Positions 38,412 through 48,123 of a stretch of DNA of 64,000 nt are shown in pieces. Numbering within the stretch: position 1 is the first letter of the stretch; the number at the start of each line of letters is the position of its first letter. Under the pieces are notes generated by a model. It was not told where the DNA came from. It worked only from the letters and a program-made list of their open reading frames with translations, and did not search any database. The position numbers and the translations under genes are program-made. The stretch is taken from positions 243,845 through 307,844 of the forward strand of contig CAYYQK010000001.1 in the NCBI GenBank assembly GCA_964473815.1. The letters run 5' to 3'. The DNA comes from an uncultured Candidatus Saccharibacteria bacterium (GTDB taxonomy: Bacteria; Patescibacteriota; Doudnabacteria; UBA920).

Positions 38412-39032
38412 TTACTGATTTGTTGTCGCGTTAATTGAGCTCTGTGCTGAACTCTGCTGGGCTGCAGAAGGCTGACCACCATCATCGTCATTGCGGCCAT
38501 CTGGGCCGTCACCATCGAAGTCTGGCCCACCATGGCCTCGACCCATCATCCCCATTCCACGACCATGTCCGCCTGGACCAAAGGGTAAATAGCCTGCTGG
38601 GATATTATTATCTTTTTCCCATTGCTGCAAATTATCCTGTTCTGTTTTGAAGGCGTCCTGGCGCTGCTGAGGCGTCATTGATTCAAATTGAGTTTTGTTA
38701 GCTTCACGCTGAGTCTGCAACTCCTGCGCTTTAGCTTTTATTTTATCAGCCTGATCCTGTGTCAGTTTGCCGTCAGTTACTGCCTGCTGTAAGCGGTCCG
38801 CAAACTGCTGCTGATGCTGTGCTTCCATCTGTGCGTGTTGCTGGTCAAAGACCTGCTGCACATCAGCCTGGTTTAAATTAAATTTCTGAGCAATTGCCTG
38901 AACTAAATTTGAAACCGGGTTGGTTCCATTACCAGAAGTAGATGCAGCATGCACTGCTACTCCACTTGCAATCCCTAGTCCTGCGACTAAAGTTGCTGCT
39001 GGTAAAATGATATTTTTTAATTTCTGATTCAT
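38412..39032 (-). CDS. Secreted Gln-rich coiled-coil protein with LTXXQ motif and Gly/Met/His-rich C-terminus (CpxP/Spy/ZraP-like)
   Basis: Signal peptide, LTQDQADKIKAKAQE, GGHGRGMGMMGRGHGGPDFDGDG. Confidence 0.45.
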   Translation of the reverse strand: MNQKLKNIILPAATLVAGLGIASGVAVHAASTSGNGTNPVSNLVQAIAQKFNLNQADVQQVFDQQHAQMEAQHQQQFADRLQQAVTDGKLTQDQADKIKAKAQELQTQREANKTQFESMTPQQRQDAFKTEQDNLQQWEKDNNIPAGYLPFGPGGHGRGMGMMGRGHGGPDFDGDGPDGRNDDDGGQPSAAQQSSAQSSINATTNQ

Positions 39033-39102
39033 AGTTTGTGGTTAATTATCTTAATTGCAAGATCTTGTGCACTCATTACTACAACCACAAACATTATTTA
39101 TT

Positions 39103-39864
39103 TCATTGTTCTTCTGATGGCGGAAAATAGCGGTCGTTATCATACAATTCGCGAATGCCTTCAGCCATAATATTGTCGCCCTGTCGATTACCCAAAACTA
39201 CAACTTTGTCGTTCACTTCCAAATCTGTACCACGGGCAACTTTAGTGACTGGTGTGAGAATTACGGTCACGGTCTTGTCATGCGGGTCGCGCATTAGAAA
39301 AGCTTTTTCATCGATTTCAATTACAACTCCTGGTGTAACACGAGGATTATCCGGTTCTGCAAACTGACGATACAAAATACCAGCCACAGGCAATTTATGT
39401 TCGCGGGCTTCGTATAATAGACTTTCATGGACATGACTGCTTTGAATCAGGAAACTGCCGCCAACAACCAATACTACAACCCCTAATACTGTGAATAAAA
39501 CTGGCTTACCGTAAGCAAACGAGTACTTACGAACCAGAATTTGTAAGAGCATAATGAACAGCGTTGCCGCAATCACAAAACCCACTGACAAAGCTGAAAA
39601 CAATTCTTTGATACCTTCACTACCAAAGGCTGGTGTAAACCAGGTGCCATTCTGATGCAGTGTAAATAGGAAGAAACTACCTATAAATAGGGCTGCGATA
39701 AATACCAATATCAACCCCACAATAAACAGCCCGGCTTGCAATACAAAGTACCAACGAGGTTTCATATGCACTTGACCGGCTTTAATAGCGGCCAAAACAT
39801 TCTGCTGTATAGTCTTCGCTTCGCTCTTTTCTTCGTTATTTAATTTTTCGTTATTCTCTTCCAT
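39103..39864 (-). CDS. Polytopic membrane protein with C-terminal soluble domain; putative anti-sigma factor partner
   Basis: 8-nt gap downstream of the ECF sigma gene. Four or five TM helices. Confidence 0.4.
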   Translation of the reverse strand: MEENNEKLNNEEKSEAKTIQQNVLAAIKAGQVHMKPRWYFVLQAGLFIVGLILVFIAALFIGSFFLFTLHQNGTWFTPAFGSEGIKELFSALSVGFVIAATLFIMLLQILVRKYSFAYGKPVLFTVLGVVVLVVGGSFLIQSSHVHESLLYEAREHKLPVAGILYRQFAEPDNPRVTPGVVIEIDEKAFLMRDPHDKTVTVILTPVTKVARGTDLEVNDKVVVLGNRQGDNIMAEGIRELYDNDRYFPPSEEQ

Positions 39865-39871
39865 CTTTCTG

Positions 39872-40429
39872 CTATTTAGGTAATTGTTGATAAATTTTTT
39901 GCAATGCGGCTTTGCCGCGGCTTAAACGTACACCAACCGTTGAACTCGGAATTCGCAGGACTTCTGCGATACTTTGGTAATCCATATCTTCATAGTAGTA
40001 CAAAACGAGCGGTTCACGATATTTCGGATCAAGCTTGTCCAAACACTTTTCCAACATTTCTTTCGTTTGAATTTCGTGCAATTCTTTTTCTGGCTGCTCT
40101 TTGGCAATGGGATGGGGAAACAAAGTATCGGGATCAAAATATGAAAGTGGTTCTCTCCCCTTTTTCTTTATCGCGTTTATAAACTCGTTGTGAGCGATAC
40201 GATAAATCCACGGCGAAAAACGCTGCGTGGGATCAAAGCTTTGTAAATTGGTATATGTTTTTAGAAATACGTCCTGAACGATGTCTTGTGCATCTTCGTA
40301 GCCGAAGAGGAACCGCTTGGCATAACGCTGCAATTTAGGCTCGTAGCGCTCTACGAGAAGGCCAAATTGTTGAGCATCACCCTTTTGCACCAGCACAGCA
40401 ATGGACTCATCCGATTGTTCTTCCATCAT
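39872..40429 (-). CDS. ECF-type RNA polymerase sigma factor (sigma-70 regions 2 and 4)
   Basis: Region 2 DAQDIVQDVFLKTYTNL...WIYRIAHNEFIN. Region 4 YQSIAEVLRIPSSTVGVRLSRGKAAL. Confidence 0.85.
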   Translation of the reverse strand: MMEEQSDESIAVLVQKGDAQQFGLLVERYEPKLQRYAKRFLFGYEDAQDIVQDVFLKTYTNLQSFDPTQRFSPWIYRIAHNEFINAIKKKGREPLSYFDPDTLFPHPIAKEQPEKELHEIQTKEMLEKCLDKLDPKYREPLVLYYYEDMDYQSIAEVLRIPSSTVGVRLSRGKAALQKIYQQLPK

Positions 40430-40515
40430 CCCTTAATAATACAACATTTTGAAGTTTTTATTTCATTTTCAGTTTTAATGCTGTATGATAAAAGCAGATA
40501 ATTAAGCGAAAAAAT

Positions 40516-40806
40516 ATGATTCTAACTCAAGATACATTTGTCTGTAAACCAGGCAAAGCTTCAAAATTGGCAAAGCTATTCAAAGAGGTTATGCAAGATA
40601 ATAATGTAAAGTATATCCTCACCGACATGACCGGGCAATATAACAGAGTAATCATGATCAGTGAATTTGAAAGTTTGTCTGATTATGAAAAATCAATGGA
40701 AAAATACATGAATCCTACTCCTGAAATGGCAGATTCAATGAAAAAGATGGAAGGCTACACAGATATGTACAAAACCGGTAGTCGTGAAATTTTGAAAGTT
40801 TGGTAA
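40516..40806 (+). CDS. Hypothetical protein (96 aa)
   Basis: Divergent from the ECF operon. No motif. Confidence 0.4.
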   Translation: MILTQDTFVCKPGKASKLAKLFKEVMQDNNVKYILTDMTGQYNRVIMISEFESLSDYEKSMEKYMNPTPEMADSMKKMEGYTDMYKTGSREILKVW

Positions 40807-40843
40807 AGTTAGTAGAAACAAAAAACTCGAGTTTAGTCAATGA

Positions 40844-41746
40844 CTAACTAACGCGAGTTTTTTCCTTGTGACCTAATTCTGGCGGACAAAGGAAGTTTTC
40901 GCCAAGACGATCTTGGCATTCTTTGCAGGCAATCATTTTTCTATTGCAATCATCTATTACACAGTTGGTATAGCGTTCACTTGTTTCGCCACACACCCAA
41001 CACTTCCCCACTACTTCGTGCTTTGGATCATCAGTGTAAAAACCAACGGCGATGCGGCTATCAAACACATACAGCTTGCCAAGAAAATCTTCGTTTGGAT
41101 ATTCGCGCATGTAAGAAACAATTCCGCCATCAAGCTGATACACATCTTTAAAACCTTGGGACAACAAATAACCACTCGCTTTTTCGCAACGAACGCCACC
41201 AGTACAAACGGTTAAAACAGTTTTATCTTTTAGATGTTCAATGCTTTTAATAAATTTTGGCAGGTCGCGAAAATTGTCCATAGCTGGAAGAATTGAACCT
41301 TTAAAATGCCCAACCAAATGTTCGTAGGCATTGCGCATGTCTACAATATAAAATTCTTTGCCTTCAGCAATCCAATTATGCAATTCCGCAGGCTTAAGAT
41401 GCACTCCGGTTAAAACATTCGGATCGATATCACAAGATGGATCGAGGCCCAAAGAAACAAGTTCATTGCGCACTTTCACCGATGTGCGCGGGAAAGAATT
41501 TCCATCACCTGGGTCACGTTTAATATGCGTACCAGCAAAGCGCGGATCGCTAAATAAATCTTCTAGATACAAATCGATGTTTTCCTTGGTCCCTTCAAGG
41601 GTCGCATTGATGCCTTCGCTGGCAATAATCGTGCGTCCTTTCAGAGCGAGGCGATCCTGCAACTCTTTTTGCTGCAGCATTAACTTACCAGGGTTGTCGA
41701 TGTGAACGTATTTGTAAAATAAAATGATGTCGTATTGAGGTTCCAT
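40844..41746 (-). CDS. trhO: Rhodanese-domain tRNA uridine(34) hydroxylase (TrhO/YceA family)
   Basis: CTGGVRCEKASGYL rhodanese active-site loop, FYKYVHI N-terminus, C-terminal Cys cluster. Start at MEPQYD; the track ORF extends to 41785. Confidence 0.75.
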   Translation of the reverse strand: MEPQYDIILFYKYVHIDNPGKLMLQQKELQDRLALKGRTIIASEGINATLEGTKENIDLYLEDLFSDPRFAGTHIKRDPGDGNSFPRTSVKVRNELVSLGLDPSCDIDPNVLTGVHLKPAELHNWIAEGKEFYIVDMRNAYEHLVGHFKGSILPAMDNFRDLPKFIKSIEHLKDKTVLTVCTGGVRCEKASGYLLSQGFKDVYQLDGGIVSYMREYPNEDFLGKLYVFDSRIAVGFYTDDPKHEVVGKCWVCGETSERYTNCVIDDCNRKMIACKECQDRLGENFLCPPELGHKEKTRVS

Positions 41747-41850
41747 AACAGAACACATTGTAAGATTTTTTGGAGAAAAAGTCAATGAAAATAAAAAGCC
41801 GCCTCAAAAAAGAGAGCGGCATGAAGGTCAGTAAGCGCGTATCGCAGGTG

Positions 41851-42453
41851 TTATTTTACCAACACTTTTCGAACGTGCAATTTATGCGGGTCCACGGGAA
41901 CCCAACCGATCTGATCCTGATTAGGATCCCCTAACTCGTCAAGCTCTAACAGCCATGGGCCATGTTTGAACTTTGAAGTGTCTATTGGTCCTGAATGGTG
42001 TTCATCGCGCCACTCAGTCCACCCTCGCAAATCCACTGGCACTTCGTTAGTTTTCATAAAGTGGACATGAAAATGCTTCGTCCACCCATTTGTAATCGGC
42101 GGGCCGATCTGAAGCAATTCAACAAGAAATATTTCCGACCACTGCCTGTAAGTCAGCTTCATGATCTTAGAGAGAGCGTTAAAAAACTCCGCCCAAAAAT
42201 TCGAAATAATGACCACGCAGTGCTGATGACCGACGGAGTCAGTCGCAAACTTGTACATCACTATCTCAAAATCCTGCGGGTCTTCTTTGGTGTTGCGCTT
42301 GTATTCGGAAAACAACGATTTGCAGGATGACTGCCAGACAAAATTGAATTGATCAGGGTGTGTCTTAAACCACCTGATTCGCTTTATTACCTCCCCGGCA
42401 AATTGCCAACAATGATGAGTACTACCCGCTTTTGCGCGCTTAATTTCTGACAT
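41851..42453 (-). CDS. Hypothetical protein with a HIT-like histidine triad (HFHVHFM)
   Basis: An HxHxHxx motif only. The family is uncertain. Confidence 0.3.
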   Translation of the reverse strand: MSEIKRAKAGSTHHCWQFAGEVIKRIRWFKTHPDQFNFVWQSSCKSLFSEYKRNTKEDPQDFEIVMYKFATDSVGHQHCVVIISNFWAEFFNALSKIMKLTYRQWSEIFLVELLQIGPPITNGWTKHFHVHFMKTNEVPVDLRGWTEWRDEHHSGPIDTSKFKHGPWLLELDELGDPNQDQIGWVPVDPHKLHVRKVLVK

Positions 42454-42536
42454 AACAAAACTACCTCCTTATGTAGTGGCCTATATCATAGCGGAAAATG
42501 GGTTAAATTCCAAGCTTAAATTTTGCCTAAAATTAA

Positions 42537-43154
42537 TTAGAATCCGAGAGGTTCTTTGACTATCAATATGTTGATTTTCCGGGTCGAACCTCGTTTTTCT
42601 TCGTTATAAATCAGAGTTTTAGACCATGTTGTTCCAAATCCATAAGCATCTTTCATACGCTGATCTTCCAAAGGGACTACATGTTCCTTTAATCTTTTAA
42701 AACCTTCTTCGACGGTTGGTACAATCTTCTGTGCCCCTACTACTAAAATTAAATTTGGCGAATTGAAAACAATGTGTGGCAATTGACTTCCTGTATTTGA
42801 TGCAACTAAAAATGAACCCGTCTGTGTTAAAGCATGTACACTTCCCAAATAAAAATCTGACACTGTTGATTGACGCCGAAGCAATCCTTGCTTCTCCTGA
42901 TCCGGTTCTGCCAAAATTAATTCATGCAAATTATTCCAACCGTGTTGCCCGGCTTTTAAATATTCTACATAACCAATTTGTTCTAATGTTTTAGAAGCAC
43001 CATTCATAACCGAAGCTCCCTGCGGTATTAAACTTTTTATTTGATCTAATGCCTGTTCTTTTGTCTCAACAACCAGCGGCAAAAAATTATGTCCTGACAA
43101 TGCCTGGACAGTTTTATTGATTATTTCATCCGACGATACTTCAGTGTAATCCAT
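42537..43154 (-). CDS. LUD-domain (LutC/YkgG-like) protein
   Basis: Overall resemblance to lactate-utilisation LutC-like proteins. Weak. Confidence 0.45.
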   Translation of the reverse strand: MDYTEVSSDEIINKTVQALSGHNFLPLVVETKEQALDQIKSLIPQGASVMNGASKTLEQIGYVEYLKAGQHGWNNLHELILAEPDQEKQGLLRRQSTVSDFYLGSVHALTQTGSFLVASNTGSQLPHIVFNSPNLILVVGAQKIVPTVEEGFKRLKEHVVPLEDQRMKDAYGFGTTWSKTLIYNEEKRGSTRKINILIVKEPLGF

Positions 43155-43169
43155 AAATATTTTCCTTAT

Positions 43170-44144
43170 CTAGTTCCAAGTGGTCTTAATAATAGTTTCT
43201 AAATTTGAGTGCTCGGGTTTAAAGTTAAACTTGCTGATGATTTTTGCATTGTCAGCCACAACAATTGATGGATCGCCTTCGCGACGACTGCTAATTTTAG
43301 CTGGCACGGTTTTACCCGAAAACTTTTCCACCGCATCAATAATTTCTTTGACGGAATATCCATTGCCAGTGCCAATATTAAAAGTTTCGCAGTATCCGGA
43401 TTCTACCGAATGAAGATGATTTAAAGCTGAGAGATGGGCGCCGGCAATATCTAACACATGCACGTAATCACGTACGCCTGTACCATCAGGGGTTGAGTAA
43501 TCATCACCGTAAATTTCTAATTCTGCTAACTCTCCTTTTGCGGCTCGAATGACACGCGGTATTAAATGCGATTCATGCGCGGAGTGAATAGGGTTTTCGT
43601 AATCTGCGCCGCCCACATTAAAGTATCTAAAAATCACTGCTTGCAAACCAGAAAACTGTGCATGAAATTTAACTAAATTCTCTGAAAGCATTTTCGAATA
43701 ACTGTAAGGGTTTATCGGTTGTAAGCTTGCGGTTTCGGCTAAGGGCATTGGATTTTCTGAATTATATACCGACCCGGTCGAAGAAAAGATAAATTTTTTA
43801 ACGCCGTGCTTTAACATCGCTTGCAACAACAAGCCTGTTTTTAAAGTATTATTTTCTAGATATTCCAAAGGCTTTTCGACTGACTCGCCCACTTCAATGC
43901 TGGCCGCAAAGTGCATCACCACATCGATTTTGTGAGTCTCAAAAAGGGTCTCCAAAACCTGTGGATTCGAAAAGTCGCCCTCAATTAGAATTGGCTGTGG
44001 GCCCAAATTTGCCTGTTTGCCGGTCGAAAGATCATCAATGACTATAACTGCATGCCCAGCCGCCACTAACTGCCTCACCGTGTGGGCGCCAATATAGCCC
44101 GCGCCTCCGGTCACTAAAATTGTTTTAGTTGTAATTTCATTCAT
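43170..44144 (-). CDS. galE: UDP-glucose 4-epimerase / NAD-dependent epimerase
   Basis: ILVTGGAGYIGAHTV Rossmann motif and YSYSK catalytic YxxxK. Confidence 0.8.
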   Translation of the reverse strand: MNEITTKTILVTGGAGYIGAHTVRQLVAAGHAVIVIDDLSTGKQANLGPQPILIEGDFSNPQVLETLFETHKIDVVMHFAASIEVGESVEKPLEYLENNTLKTGLLLQAMLKHGVKKFIFSSTGSVYNSENPMPLAETASLQPINPYSYSKMLSENLVKFHAQFSGLQAVIFRYFNVGGADYENPIHSAHESHLIPRVIRAAKGELAELEIYGDDYSTPDGTGVRDYVHVLDIAGAHLSALNHLHSVESGYCETFNIGTGNGYSVKEIIDAVEKFSGKTVPAKISSRREGDPSIVVADNAKIISKFNFKPEHSNLETIIKTTWN

Positions 44145-44162
44145 TTCTTAATGATACCAATC

Positions 44163-44193
44163 AAAAACACCCTCCACAAGGGAGGGTGTTTTG
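44163..44193. terminator. Bidirectional intrinsic terminator (CACCCTCC-ACAA-GGGAGGGTG)
   Basis: A-run and T-run flanks. Downstream of the 692-aa surface protein gene. Confidence 0.65.
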
Positions 44194-44235
44194 AATAATT
44201 TAGGGGCCACGTGTTGGGGTCCAGCCTAATCGAGA

Positions 44236-46314
44236 TTAAGCGAAGATAAAGCTCAAGATTCCTTTGCGCTTGCGCACAAGTACGAATCCGGCAGTTACCA
44301 ATCCTGCGAATACTGCAGCTGAGGTACCAGCCGCACCAGTCTTAGGAGCTTGGTAAACCCGAGTACCATGAACGTTAATTACTACAGTGTTACCGTAAGT
44401 GTTACGTAATTGGTAAGAAAGAGTCTTGTCCAAAGTTTGCTTAACGCGAACTTTGAAAGTCTTTACAACAGTTTCACCCTTTTTAATAGTGATTGAAGGA
44501 TAAGTGATAAAGTTACCGCTTACCTGACCACCATTGGTAGATACCATATCAACTAACGGAAGTACTTCAGACAAATCGTCCTTAATTACAAAGTTAGTTT
44601 GATCAGCATCACCATTGTTAGTTACAACCAATGAGTAAGTGATGTAGTCACCACGATTTGCATCGCGGGAAGTAGCATCAACATTCTGAGTGTCGTTAAA
44701 CGCACGCTTCGAGTAAGTCAAGTGTGGGTTACCACCCTTAGGGGTAGTGAACACGTTTACACAAGCATTATCTTGAACCTGGTTTACACCAGATGCAGTA
44801 GCGCGAGCAGTGTTACAAACAGTAGTATTACCAGTTGCATCAACAGTTGCAGCAAACTCAAAAGTTTTGCTTGAACCATTAGAAATAGAACCAAGGTCAA
44901 CAGTTAGAGTACGACCACTGAAGGTCTTCGAACCGCTACCAGTGAAGGAATCATCGTAAGTTAAGCCACTAGGAATAGTGTCGGTAACGATTACGTTGTT
45001 CAAAGTAGTGCTACCGTTGTTAGATACAACAACCTTGAACATTACGCGTTCACCGGTGCGAGCATCAACTGAATCATTGTTGTAAGAAGTACCGGTTGAG
45101 GTATTCTTTACAGATTTAGTGATGTCGATATGAGGCTGGCTAGAGTTACAGTTATTTTGAACTGTTACACTAGCAGTCGCGGTTACTGTGCTGGCAGTAG
45201 ATGAAGTTGCAGTGGCAGTGTTTGTTAAGGTAGGACAATTGTCCGCAGTAACAGTTCCAGTGTAAAAGATATTACGGAATTCACCGGGTTGCAAATCACC
45301 CAAAGTTACAGTGCCAGGAATAGAACCTGACCATTGCAAGTTTGAAGTTTCTACATTATCTGAGATACGCACTGCAGTAGAACCACTGTCGATAGAGATA
45401 CCAGAAGTACCGTTATCGGTTACAGTTACATTCTTTGCTACAGTGTTACCATTATTTTTTACTACGACTTGGTAGCCAACTTTATCACCATGAACAGCAG
45501 TTACATTTGAAGAGTAACCAGTGCCATTAGTAATATTTTTTACACCCTTTGTTAAAGTCAAAGTGGTGTTGCTTGGAGTGTTGCCGATTACCTTGAACTT
45601 GAAAGTCAAGAACAAGCTATATTCGAAACAAGCGTCTAAGTCGCCCAAAGCGTAGTCAGAGTTACCAAGGTTTAAGTTTTGGGAATCCAAAACCAAATGA
45701 CCTTGATAGTCGTACATGAATCCACTGTTTGGAGTCACTACCAACTGAGCGTTAGCAGGAGTGTGAACAGTGAATGACTTAGTGTAACTGGCAGCATTGT
45801 CCGCTTTGTAAGTTACGCTAATTTGGTGATCTGTACCTGGAGTGGTATCAGTATGCGTAATAATGTGAACATTTTTCGCAGTAGTCTGAGCCGGGTCCAA
45901 GTTGTTTGCAGCACCGTTGTGGATGTACATCCCAGCGATACCGTTATCACCTACGTTTAAAGTCAAACCAGAATTCCATTGTGCTTCAGATTGAGACCAA
46001 GTATGAGTTGATCCATCTTTTGTAGCATCAATAGCTGGGAAGTCATGACAGAACGGAGTGTTCACGTCAGAGTAAGTGACAGGCCAGTAGTTGAAGGTCG
46101 GGGTAACTGGCGGATTCGCACAGTTCTCAGCTAATGTATTGGACGCGCCATGAGTAGGCATCAAACCCATTACAGAAGCAACAACACCAACCATTACCAC
46201 GGTCGCAATGATGCTGCGGCGTGGTACCAAACTTGCCTTTAACATTTGCATAAATTGCATAATGTGTTGTTCTCCTTGCCTTAACATACCGGCGAACCGT
46301 ATATGAAAAGTCAA
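44236..46314 (-). CDS. Large surface protein with DUF11-type repeats and C-terminal LPXTG-like cell-wall sorting signal
   Basis: N-terminal signal/TM. Repeated ...NNG.T.A.NVTVTD...SG...D motifs. C-terminus QAPKTG followed by a hydrophobic stretch and RKRKG. Confidence 0.7.
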   Translation of the reverse strand: MTFHIRFAGMLRQGEQHIMQFMQMLKASLVPRRSIIATVVMVGVVASVMGLMPTHGASNTLAENCANPPVTPTFNYWPVTYSDVNTPFCHDFPAIDATKDGSTHTWSQSEAQWNSGLTLNVGDNGIAGMYIHNGAANNLDPAQTTAKNVHIITHTDTTPGTDHQISVTYKADNAASYTKSFTVHTPANAQLVVTPNSGFMYDYQGHLVLDSQNLNLGNSDYALGDLDACFEYSLFLTFKFKVIGNTPSNTTLTLTKGVKNITNGTGYSSNVTAVHGDKVGYQVVVKNNGNTVAKNVTVTDNGTSGISIDSGSTAVRISDNVETSNLQWSGSIPGTVTLGDLQPGEFRNIFYTGTVTADNCPTLTNTATATSSTASTVTATASVTVQNNCNSSQPHIDITKSVKNTSTGTSYNNDSVDARTGERVMFKVVVSNNGSTTLNNVIVTDTIPSGLTYDDSFTGSGSKTFSGRTLTVDLGSISNGSSKTFEFAATVDATGNTTVCNTARATASGVNQVQDNACVNVFTTPKGGNPHLTYSKRAFNDTQNVDATSRDANRGDYITYSLVVTNNGDADQTNFVIKDDLSEVLPLVDMVSTNGGQVSGNFITYPSITIKKGETVVKTFKVRVKQTLDKTLSYQLRNTYGNTVVINVHGTRVYQAPKTGAAGTSAAVFAGLVTAGFVLVRKRKGILSFIFA

Positions 46315-46579
46315 AAATTAATAATTTAATTAATAAAATCCGATTTGTTAGAAATTTCGACCTTTCAACAAATCCAATAAGTATACCTTATTTATAGGTT
46401 TTTGTCAAGGGTTCCACCCCAATATTGAAATATATCAACCAGAAATAAAAAAAGGCTGAAATTTGGCTTAAATATAGTCGAAATTATTCTGAGTATTAAA
46501 TCCAACTCTTTACACAGCTCTAGGTATTTGGTATTATTCGATATTAAATCCAACTTTTTTGGGATCATGGAGGATCAAA

Positions 46580-47287
46580 ATGAAGCAGTTAATAATTGGC
46601 CTTTCAGGCGAAATGGCATCTGGAAAAGAAGTATTTTGCCGGGTCGTTAAAGATCTATTCCGGCAAATCCCTAATCGGCATGGTAATAATTGTGTGGTTA
46701 CGCATCTCAGTACTTCCACAATGTTGCGGCAAATACTCGATACATTGCATCGGGAAAATCCCCCACGCGAGGATTATCAGGCTCTAGGAAGCTGCCTGGA
46801 GTCAATTTTCCTCGGATATATCCCTGACTGGGTCGATTGGATCTTAAGGCACGAAGAAGGTCAAAAATCAGATATTGTGATCATTGACCGAATCAGCAGT
46901 GAGTTCCAATTCCACCAGTTTAAAGAAAAGTTTCCAGATCTTCATACTGTGTACATCGACACGCATGCAGATTTGCGTTACCGATTCTACAACAATCGGC
47001 AGCGGCAAAAGAACCGAGAAAGGAAAACTCCGCAAAAATACCTTGAACTTTCGGAGTTCCGAGCGCTGCATGAGGCACCAACCGAAGTCGAAATTCCGCA
47101 AATAAAGAATTTAGCGGACACGGTGATAAAAAACGCCGTTCCTCATATCCAAATCTTCGGAAACGAAGTGGCGAAAGCTATGCTTGATATCGCGGTAAAG
47201 AAGGAGATAATCTTTCGGAAAGACTGGAACCGATTGCGGGGAAAACTAAAGATAGAGGTCTCCCACGACGATCTCGGGATGAAGTGA
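46580..47287 (+). CDS. P-loop kinase-like protein with atypical Walker A (GEMASGKE)
   Basis: IIGLSGEMASGKEV resembles dephospho-CoA/nucleoside kinase N-termini, but Glu follows the Lys. RBS GGAGGA. The track ORF starts at TTG 46559. Confidence 0.45.
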   Translation: MKQLIIGLSGEMASGKEVFCRVVKDLFRQIPNRHGNNCVVTHLSTSTMLRQILDTLHRENPPREDYQALGSCLESIFLGYIPDWVDWILRHEEGQKSDIVIIDRISSEFQFHQFKEKFPDLHTVYIDTHADLRYRFYNNRQRQKNRERKTPQKYLELSEFRALHEAPTEVEIPQIKNLADTVIKNAVPHIQIFGNEVAKAMLDIAVKKEIIFRKDWNRLRGKLKIEVSHDDLGMK

Positions 47288-47307
47288 TCGGAACGAGAGT
47301 AAGAACT

Positions 47308-47354
47308 AACAAAAAGCTCAGGTGTGCACATGTGTACCTGAGCTCTTTTCTATA
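47308..47354. repeat. 47-nt palindromic terminator element, copy 1
   Basis: AACAAAAAGCTCAGGTGTGCACATGTGTACCTGAGCTCTTTTCTATA. 9-bp stem AGCTCAGGT/ACCTGAGCT. Confidence 0.75.
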
Positions 47355-47420
47355 GACTATTTACGAAAGCATAGAGGTTTGTTAGGATAGATTAAAATTC
47401 AACGGAACAGGAGGAGTTAA

Positions 47421-47858
47421 ATGAAGGCAATTGGTTTGATATGCACCTCAAAAATCAATCGGGAAATTGCTTTAGAAGAGATGGCGGAATGGCTAACTGA
47501 ACAACAAATTACTTTTGGAGTGTTTCCTCGACCCGGAGTTCATGGTCCTGAACTTCTCCAACCAGAAGTCATGATATTCAAAAAAGTCCAGACCCTCAAA
47601 AGAGTCCAAGACATCAACGCAGCATTTGGTTCCGATGCAAAATTCTTTTACATCAGCCCGGGCGCACACGAGGAAGCACGAAACGGTGAGATGGACTTAC
47701 TCATATCGAAATCCCATTATGTTTGCAACAACTGGATCAAGGAGGAAATTTTTCGAGAGAGCATTCGTAACGGGCTAATGGGATTCTTTGGAAAAACTAA
47801 AAGATCGAAGGCCGACGTACCGTCGGTCCTACATTTACAGTCGACCATGAAAGAGTGA
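47421..47858 (+). CDS. Hypothetical protein (145 aa)
   Basis: Strong RBS AGGAGGAG. Flanked on both sides by the identical 47-nt element. Confidence 0.5.
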   Translation: MKAIGLICTSKINREIALEEMAEWLTEQQITFGVFPRPGVHGPELLQPEVMIFKKVQTLKRVQDINAAFGSDAKFFYISPGAHEEARNGEMDLLISKSHYVCNNWIKEEIFRESIRNGLMGFFGKTKRSKADVPSVLHLQSTMKE

Positions 47859-47892
47859 TCGAGTGATTGCGAAAGCAAACATCAGTCATGCA

Positions 47893-47939
47893 AACAAAAA
47901 GCTCAGGTGTGCACATGTGTACCTGAGCTCTTTTCTATA
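47893..47939. repeat. 47-nt palindromic terminator element, copy 2 (identical)
   Basis: Exact 47/47 match to 47308-47354. Confidence 0.75.
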
Positions 47940-48123
47940 ACGCATGTTTCCAAAGGACTCCTTTGAACTCATTATTTACAATGAGCGGAACACCGGAAAT
48001 GGAACGAATCTGTTGGGCGATCGCTTGAATGCGGCAAGAGTGAGTTCTGCCCGTTTGGCAATGCGCACATAAACTCTTGAGTTGGCTGACAATATTTTTC
48101 TTGGAGATTTCTAATTCAGACAT
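47935..48123 (-). CDS. Small Cys-containing ORF immediately downstream of lexA (62 aa)
   Basis: 13 nt after the lexA stop, with RBS AAGGAAAC. CAHCQTGRTHSC. Confidence 0.35.
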   Translation of the reverse strand: MSELEISKKNIVSQLKSLCAHCQTGRTHSCRIQAIAQQIRSISGVPLIVNNEFKGVLWKHAL

